NCBI RefSeq assembly: GCF_033153115.1
Contig: NW_026889751.1
Coordinates: 27,714,001-27,778,000 of the forward strand
Length of the DNA: 64,000 nt
Reading direction: 5' to 3'
DNA from: Saccostrea echinata
Taxonomy: Eukaryota
Shown: piece after piece, positions 1 to 64,000 of the stretch
Numbering within the stretch: position 1 is the stretch's first letter
How the letters are laid out: every line of letters begins with the position of its first letter
Notes under the pieces: generated by a model
Databases searched by the model: none
Told to the model about the DNA's origin: nothing
Seen by the model: only the letters and a program-made list of their open reading frames with translations
Position numbers and translations under genes: made by a program

Positions 1-283
1 ATAAATCATTTGTTATACATGTATAATTATGGTATAATTGTGGTCTCATAAAAGCAGTTAGCCTTGCACAATAATATAACCAATTGCTTTAAATCAAACA
101 GAATTATTTAAGAACACTATCCCCATCTGTTTTAAGTAAACAGGCTTAAACATTTAGTGCCATAGGAAAGAAAAAAACAGCATTCAAATTTGACCCTATA
201 TACATGTATTTTGAAATTAAACACTTATATTTTATCGAGAAGTAATACATGTATGTAAGACCAGAATCTTTTTCTGTCCTCAG

Positions 284-57077
<56,794 letters not shown>

Positions 57078-57407
57078 AGTACAACAAACTAGAGATGTGA
57101 GACATTTGTATTCTAGTTATCAGTGAATTAGGAATGGAACTTAATTCTGAACAAGGGTTGTAAATGGGTCGTTGAAAACAGTTAAATGATGATTTGTTGG
57201 ACATGAAAAGCAAAAATCTTCATTTTATTCTGTCTTTCCCAAAATTATTGCATTAATATTGTTATATACATGTAACAAGGAATATATACATGTACATGTA
57301 GCTGTATTACATTGTTATTCTTCATAAAATATTTTCTCTGATTCAGTGCCTTGTCTCTATTTGTGTAACATTTGTACAAGGCTCAGAAAAAACGAACAGT
57401 CTGCTTG

Positions 57408-57413
57408 AATAAA
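57408..57413 (+). terminator. Candidate ATR polyadenylation signal AATAAA
   Basis: AATAAA about 330 nt after the ATR stop codon. Confidence 0.45.
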
Positions 57414-57542
57414 CTCAAGTCATAATCAGTGTTCCAAGTGTGCAAATGGACATTGCCTTGAACATGTTTATAGCTTCTTCATGTACATTGTTAACATATC
57501 AATCAGTCATACTCGGTCCATCTGGAGTTGTCTTTCCTGTCA

Positions 57543-59715
57543 TCAAGAGACGGTGGTGGCCAGTCGGATTTCTGGACAGGTCATATCTTTGGTCCAGAGG
57601 ACATAGGGGAAGCCTTCATAATGTTTCTGGGTCAGCGGGTCAGTCCACGACCTCACGGTAGAACAAGCCCCATAATTACCCTGTCAAATAATCAATGATC
57701 TTTGGAAAATAATTCAGCTTATTTCATCTTCTTGTTTCTTGTTTCTGTTGAGATATCATAAAACTTTAACAAGATGAAACTAGTTACTGAATGTTCACTG
57801 AAAAGTGACTGAGTGAGAGAGAGAGGTCTACCATTTAGCTACCCATTCCAGACCTTTTCAGTAAACATTCAGTTTACTAAATGGCGCAGTTTCATCTGAG
57901 AGTTTACAACAAACAAGTGCACGGTGAATTCATCTGCTTTTATCTGCTAAAAGGGAAGTATTAAATCACTGATTAAACAAGGACATGAGGAGTTTGAATT
58001 CATATTATGATGGCGTATGGATGGTGCTGATGGTTCTCTGTAACCAGTATAATTGTACCTTTATATCGGAGGCAATCACAGCAATTTCCAGGTGATTATT
58101 TTGGTTGTAAATTTTCTGTATGACTTCTGTACAAGCTTCCTGGGGAAGCCTTCCCTGTAATAGAAAACAGTTGTCGGCATCCGTTCGGTCGTAACTGATT
58201 TCAAAACAAAATACCGGGTATACGTCCAAACAGTGTTCTGAGGCTGCTTCTTGTTATGTGCTTACAGCGTAAAGATAAGAGTAAAGAAAAATATTCTCAG
58301 TAAGTCCGTCGTTTTTCTATGTATTTTGTTACCTGTGAGATGAGATGGGTGTTATACCTGTGAGATGAGATGGACAATGTGGAAGGAAGCACAAAATTTG
58401 AGTATCTCGTCCCCGTCTCCACTACAGCAGGCAGCACCATGGGAGTCTGGATAAAAAAATAAATAGGAGAGTTCAGTGTGGGGGCACAGACAAATATGAT
58501 TGCTGAAAATCACATGTCAAAGATGTGAAGATAGCTCACTTGCGTATAGTCCCCCTCCTGGGAGTGCACTGTCGCCGACCCTACCAGGGTGTTTACCAGG
58601 GGCTCCACTGGTCGACACACCTACATGTAGGACATTGTAAGTCAGGGGTCATAATTAATGTATTACAGTAAGTGTACAATCATACTTTAGAGGTATTACC
58701 GACAGCAATCTCTGGCTCGTTCTTTCTCTGTGCTATCAATCCCAATGTGTCGTGGCCTTTCGAGTCATTTTCCTGTCATGGAAATTAATATCTCAATACT
58801 TTATCCCGATAATTCGTACTGTAAGCTAGAAGTAGTATATTTTTTACCCCGGAATTTCTTACTGGTATGATACTTTGATGTGGTGTTTCACACTCGGCAT
58901 GAAACCCATTCTCCAGAGCGAATTGCCCTGCCCCCTCCCCGGTTAGCATACTGTGCCGGCTACGCTCCATCACTGCTCTCGCCACCGACACGGCTTGTGG
59001 TATCCTAGTCCAAAATAATATATTCATTGATTAAAATTGAGATTGACATACTTTCCATTGAAGAAAAATAGTTATATTCTATACTAACCCTCTAAGAGCA
59101 GTGACAGCGCCAAACTTTGATGTGCGTCCATCCATTATTGCTGCGTCATACTCCCGATACCCAGCAGAGTTTGGGGGCCCGCCCCTCCCGACAATGCATG
59201 GCCCGTAACTCTCGTCACCCTCTATTTCTAAAGTTAAACAGAGAAACTCAATATTTGCGTATGCACTTTCAGCTCCAGATATAAATTTAAAAGACAACAC
59301 AATTTAATCGCTGCTGCAGACCTATAGCTCTGAGACAGAAAATGTTAAACAAACATATCCAGAGATTGTATAGTCTTTCTGAATGGTATGTCCGTCCGAA
59401 TTTTCTGTCCCAGAGAGTTGCAGTCTGCAGCCAATCCAGCGTCGAAAAAGACATTAACTTTTATTATGAGACACAATCGTAATAATTTTCAGCCTATGAC
59501 AAATGCAGGTATTTATTTCCGATATTTTTTTTTCTACTTTTAAAATACTAAGCTAAAAGGGGGGGGGGATATCAGTATAAGTTGTTTTTTATGTAAAATA
59601 TAATGTAGACAGATGATAATACGTAATCTTATTGTACTTGTTCGTCTAGATGATTTTAAAATGCAATTTAAAAACCTTGAAATCTTGACCGGAGAATAAA
59701 AGCCTGGAGTCATTC

Positions 59716-59762
<47 letters not shown>

Positions 59763-61347
59763 AAAAGACAGTCGATGATAAAACCACTATAAGCGGAACA
59801 TAAAGTGACTCCTTGCCGCAGCCCCCGGGGCGCGACGATATTGATCATGTTCCATGATTTCGGCAATTATTACTTGTTCCTCTATGCACGGCGACCAAGG
59901 AAGTTTTATTCCGTCGTATCAGCAAGTGGGATTTTCTGTATGTTTTTTCAGGGATACTTCGTGTTTTAAAAAAAAGTGTTATAATTGGAAGTTTATCTTC
60001 AAAGGCTGATAAGAAATGTATTGTAAGTATTATAATTTCTGTTTCTTTTTCATTCGTAGGTTTTAACGTGTTTATTTGCGAATGAGAATAATATGGGAAG
60101 CAAAATATCAGGGCAACTGTGTGTTCATTTATTAATTCAATTATTTATTTATATATTTATTTTGTTAAGTATTGTCAATTTATATTTCAGAAAATGCGTG
60201 TAAGATATCTATAATATTTGATTCCGGCAGTACAACTCTGCGTCATTGTCATTTAGTATTATACCGTATTGTATCGATATACAAGTATTATGGCAGAATG
60301 CAGAATTGAAATCGGTGGAATTTTCATGAAAATTATGTTTCAAGATATTTTAAGAATTATGTAATGAATTCGAACTAATCATTAAAATCAATCTGTAAGT
60401 AAATTAAATTAGACATACTATAATTATTCAGTAACCTTCCTAGTCTCCTCCAGACCGTAAAAAATGTTTTAACTAGCTGTCTGCGTTGGGATTGGGGATT
60501 TAAGCTCTAATTAGAGTACTATGATCATGGAAATGTACACATTCTCCAATCATGTTATGCAGAGACGTAGCATCACTTTTCAAAGTTGGGGGGGGGGGGC
60601 AATTGAGAAACAAAAAAGTTCCACGTAAAAAAAGATCGACAAGGTCGACTAGGAAAAAAAAACACTGCTATGTGACAAGAAAAAAAGAATAATTCTTAAA
60701 GTTTAAATAAAATCTTTTTTCCGAGGGGGGGGGGGGGGCTCCTCCTTTTCGACAATAGAAAGGGGCAACCATTCCTTTAATTAAATATCTCCATACTTAA
60801 TCAAAAGCGAAATGGGCTTTTTTTTTTAAGAAAAAGTGGGGATGGGGCGACTTACCACCCCCACCCCCCTTCGGCGCCTTGATACTTTTTGTTTGATGTG
60901 TCACTACCAAATTCTGTTTAGCTGTTAAGGTCTAGACATCTCAAAATTTCGTACGTCCTCAACATGTTTCGATAAATAGTGATCCCTAATCTCAGCGAGA
61001 TTCGTAGGGACTAAAAATTTTGGTCTGGTGTCCCAGAACAAAATTTTTAGTCCCTACGAATCTCGCTGAGATTAAGTGATCCCAATCTTACTAATCTAGA
61101 ACATGAGCTCTAATCTTTCAGAATATTCATATTCTCATACATTAATAATAACCAAATAAAAAACCGCCCAAAAGTGTTTAGATCCGCGTATAATGATTCG
61201 TGAGAAGCATAAAGCAATCTGGGAAGAAAACATACGACTTATAGTATTTTCTACTGCATCCAGACAACTAATCTCGCTTCTATAGAATTCTTCCTTCTGT
61301 CTAATAGCATCAAAACAAAAGCTCCACGTCCCAATTATTAAATCCAT
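57543..61347 (-). CDS. Glycosylasparaginase-like (AGA-like, asparaginase type 2) Ntn-hydrolase, 8 exons, ~289 aa
   Basis: Exons 61347-61236, 59227-59089, 59004-58863, 58772-58700, 58620-58540, 58446-58358, 58154-58059, 57680-57543 join in frame (870 nt). Motifs: IIGTW, VGRGGPP, DAAIMDG, ARAVME...H..LTGEGA, GHD|TLG (autocleavage Thr), STSG...GRVGDS, SGDGDE. Confidence 0.9.
59719..59757. repeat. (CT)n microsatellite
   Basis: Direct reading. Confidence 0.95.
60987..61074. mobile_element. 88-bp palindromic MITE with 9-bp TSD
   Basis: TAATCTCAGCGAGATTCGTAGGGACTAAAAATTTTG ... CAAAATTTTTAGTCCCTACGAATCTCGCTGAGATTA flanked by AGTGATCCC twice. Confidence 0.92.
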
Positions 61348-64000
61348 GAATGGAAACACAAAACAAAGACACCAAGCTGAAACGGGAGCAAAAAACCGGA
61401 AATTCAAGAGTTACCTTCTCCGAATCTATTTTTCGATACCGGAAATGTAGAAAACAAATATCGAAGGCAAAATGTTGACAGATGTCACGGAGAGAGGTTG
61501 GTAAATTTACGTGTATTAGCGAATTCTTTTTATCTTTTAATTATGTTACTGTTAAACTAGTATTTCATACAGTATTGTTCACGCAACAAGTGTACACGCG
61601 TTGAAGACAAGTAACACCCCCCCCCCCCCAAATTGAACATCTCTGCAACGCAGCGAGGTATCTTTGTTAAAGAGGTGTAGGAAAATGATCTTAAGTACTG
61701 CTTTGGATAAAAGAGAAGGAGATTTAATCGGACTGTGATCGGATATTTCCCAAAGAAATAATAATAATGAAAAAGGCATATGGACCGTGTTGTGGTAGAT
61801 ATTGGATGCTAAGTTTATTTGATTTGGATAATTTCTGTAATCGATATTTTTATTTGAAATTATCTCTCACGTTTGAGAATAATGTGTAAATTTCTCTTTT
61901 TTTCCCCCGACAACGTTTTGTAACCGTGCTAATTCACCTGTCTCAAAGAAATGAATGCAGGTGGATAGTCAGCTACTCAATTAATTTGTATATTATTTAT
62001 ATGTAAAGTAAGCTAAGGAGCAGAGTAATGCTTTCAATCCACAAAAGGCCCATGGGCTTTATGTTACATGTATCTAGCTCTGACTTTTACATGTAGTATG
62101 TAGTTTCACCAGTATAGTCAAGCACATATAAACTCGAGAATTTTAAGTTTGATAGTTATAAATTTTTGGTTGGTTGACTCTTGAATACTAAAGGAGATCT
62201 GTGAGTGTACGGTACTTAGTATTGCGCTTGACTACTTTCCAATGTTATATATTTTTGTCACGGTACACTTATTCCATTCTTGTATATCCTGTTTTCTTCT
62301 TTTGCCTGTGATCGATATTAAATGTCTACTGTACAATCGTTGTCAAACTCTAAAATAAGAAGAGATGATAATATCTGTTGAATACAAATAAATATGTAAC
62401 TTCATAATTGCAAACCTGAATTTCACATGTTTATTGAACAGCTGTCATTGGAAGCCAGAAACTACAATATATTACTCAATGTACATTCCACATTTCACTG
62501 TAGTGTGTAAATTAAAAAAAAAAACAACAAAATCTGCCAGTATTGTTATATTTTAAATGCTTGATGTAATGTTATATCTGTATAATATAATATTTACATG
62601 ACATATAAAGAAAAGAATATCTAGTAATTATAAAGAGCAGTGTTTTATAAGAATCATTGTGCTTTTTTGACCTGGCACTTCCTATATACAAGTATAACAG
62701 ACATAAACTGTGACCAAAGTCAATAAATTATGATGGGAATAATTACCTGTAATTAATGATTGACTTGTATTTATTCATAGTATATTAATGTGATACAAGG
62801 CACTCCCTGACTTGTGTGCTTCATGAATATTACATGTAAGTGAATTATGAAATGGTACATAAGAAATGCAAATCATCCTATAATTTGTAAAACTTCATAT
62901 TTAGGCATTTACTTTTCATTGAAAGTTAAGCCCTAAATTTTGCAGATCAAGATGATTATTCTAATCAGGTTCAATTTACTTCCATATTAATACTTTATAA
63001 GATTTATGATTACTTGTACTTCAACATATCAATAAAAAAAAAGTGCTGTTTTCATGCATATGCATAATCTCTTTTATAATAAATGACATGTGAAAGGAAA
63101 TAGTTCCATTATTTCCTACAACATTAACACTTTAAGTGTTGTCACTTCATAATGTGGTAATAATTATGTACATATATAGACATGGACAGCGTCAATTGTC
63201 AATCGAGACAGAGCCATGGACAAAAAATCTGTTGTATTGGCCAAGAAAATCTTAACTCATTATTCACGGCCCGTCAAAAGTTTTGGCCCAAACTGGTCAT
63301 TTTTTGGAAGGATTTTTTTTTTAGCCAGTGACATGATACAGACTTTTGCTTGTAATTCCTATGTAGCTGTCAAATGTTATCTGACGAATGCAATACTTGT
63401 ATTTCCTAGGTACAAATTGCACAATTCTTATCTCTTAAAGGTAAAAGGGAAGGTAATTGACTCTGTAATATGCATTTTTACAAGATAGTTGTCAAGCACC
63501 AGGGACTGTTAATTAACCTTAATGTAGAGGGAAAAGGGGGGACATTGGACTGCCTTTGAATCTTATCGGAATGTGATGAATTTGAAAGTGTTTGATGAAG
63601 TTGATTAAGGCCATTAAACAGTTGAAACAGTAAAACTTTAATATTTCTTTTTTTTAATTTAAGTTTTGACATTAAAAAAATGTTTAAATTAATTATTGTC
63701 TTTCTTAAACATTTTGCTTTTTATTTTAGTGTAATGTGAGATTGCTTTGGAGGATGTTACTGTAAGAGGAACAGATGGACAGCTGATGAATTGTCCTTGA
63801 CGTTAAGTTACCATGACACTGTATCATAAAGTGACCTTGACCTTATTGGTCTGGAGTGTATTTGTGTGTTCTGTTGTAAGATCACAAACTCTGACACAAA
63901 CATTGGATTTATTAATGAAAAATGCATCTGTTACACAGGTAAGTTGTTCATGTGAGATATGAGGATTTGCATTGGGGGAGGTGGGGGGGGGGTGCAGGGG

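Noticed and set aside
61348-61407. N-terminal extension of the AGA-like ORF
   Set aside because: The track start is TTG, not ATG; the first ATG is at 61347.
62000-64000. Possible further gene at the window end
   Set aside because: No convincing exon chain or recognisable protein motif.

Overview
AT-rich, intron-dense animal DNA. It is most likely an oyster-type bivalve, inferred from Cg170-like satellite inside HINE/Helentron-like elements and the expanded RING-less B-box/beta-propeller family. The backbone is the 3' part of the ATR checkpoint kinase gene on the + strand. I traced 49 GT-AG exons by hand from 284 to the stop at 57077 (5,600 coding nt, one continuous frame, about 1,865 aa: HEAT, UME, FAT, PI3K-like kinase, FATC); the 5' part lies upstream of the window. 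Three ATR introns host four antisense nested genes: two tandem-duplicated B-box/coiled-coil/NHL-like genes, an intronless TALE-class gene with two homeodomains, and a two-exon B-box/coiled-coil/propeller gene. An 8-exon glycosylasparaginase-like Ntn-hydrolase gene converges tail-to-tail with ATR. Introns contain many MITEs, foldbacks, HINE-like elements with satellites, a tRNA-derived SINE and a tiny LTR element with tRNA-like LTRs. The most notable patterns are the nested double-homeodomain TALE gene, CAGGT(A/G) clusters upstream of all four nested genes, and six tandem duplications that straddle splice junctions. All coordinates were read manually and no database search was run.
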